A stretch of 64,000 nt of DNA, taken from NCBI GenBank assembly GCA_010093815.1, contig ML996584.1; one strand, given 5' to 3'. The notes beneath the pieces were generated by a model. That model ran no database searches and was not told where the DNA came from. It saw nothing but the letters and a program-made list of their open reading frames with translations. Below are positions 63,703 to 64,000 of this stretch, piece by piece. Numbering within the stretch: position 1 is the first letter of the stretch; each line of letters starts with the position of its first letter. The position numbers were made by a program, and so were the translations under genes. Source of the DNA: Pseudovirgaria hyperparasitica. Its lineage: Eukaryota.

Positions 63703-64000
63703 AATGCGTGCTACTGCAGTCCTCATCGCCATCTTCGCGAGCTCCGCGCTTGCAGCTCCTCTCAACGCTGTAAGCTCCCCTAACGATCCCCCACCTTTTC
63801 ACAATTCTCCACTGCCTTTTACAGGTGGTCCATCTTGCCGGAATATGCAGCTAACTCAATACTACAGGCCCGCCAAGCTGGAGAGGCTGATGGCTACTCC
63901 TATGGCTACGGCCACGACGTGAAGAGCGGCCATGGCGAGCATAAGCGTCAAGGTCCCGGAGGCGAAGACTATGGCTACGGCTATGGTATGGAGAGCAAGA
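63703..64000 (+). CDS. Secreted repeat protein, probable Kex2-processed peptide precursor (3' truncated by window)
   Basis: Signal peptide MRATAVLIAIFASSALA-APLNA. Intron 63770-63867 (GTAAGC...CTAAC...TACAG). Exon 2 reads ARQAGEADGYSYGYGHDVKSGHGEHKRQGPGGEDYGYGYGMESK and is open to the window end. Confidence 0.75.

Noticed and set aside
63770..63922. Unspliced or alternative-acceptor (63823) reading of the last gene
   Set aside because: The 63823 acceptor gives a stop after 9 codons. The unspliced frame reads through canonical GTAAGC/CTAAC/TACAG signals and misses the repeats.
1..64000. tRNA, rRNA, CRISPR arrays, or a secondary-metabolite core gene (PKS/NRPS)
   Set aside because: No cloverleaf, rRNA-like segment, regularly spaced repeat-spacer array or synthase domain seen by eye. 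Small ncRNAs cannot be excluded without covariance-model searches.

Overview
Eukaryotic (filamentous ascomycete, Pezizomycotina-type) genomic DNA. It is gene-dense with short GT-AG introns and CTRAC-like branch sites, so most raw ORFs are exon fragments. Recognisable genes: a SET-domain protein (preceded by the 3' end of an apparent tandem paralogue), a WW-domain acidic protein, MAD2, GUF1/LepA, an alpha/beta hydrolase, a low-MW protein tyrosine phosphatase, a class I-like chitin synthase, an 11-knuckle CCHC protein, an MFS sugar porter, the HAS1 DEAD-box helicase, a PRS5-like PRPP synthetase, an F-box protein, cytosolic TrpRS, CBP4 and a Chs4/Skt5-type Sel1-repeat chitin synthase activator. 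There are also several hypothetical proteins, including two very large low-complexity ones, one spanning two assembly gaps. Less obvious items: a spliced, secreted, Kex2-type repeat peptide precursor with YGYG cores truncated at the right edge; a decayed Ty1/copia RT-RNase H relic beside a 1.4 kb microsatellite island; and several spliced genes the ORF track misses or fragments. All exon boundaries were read by eye and no database searches were run.
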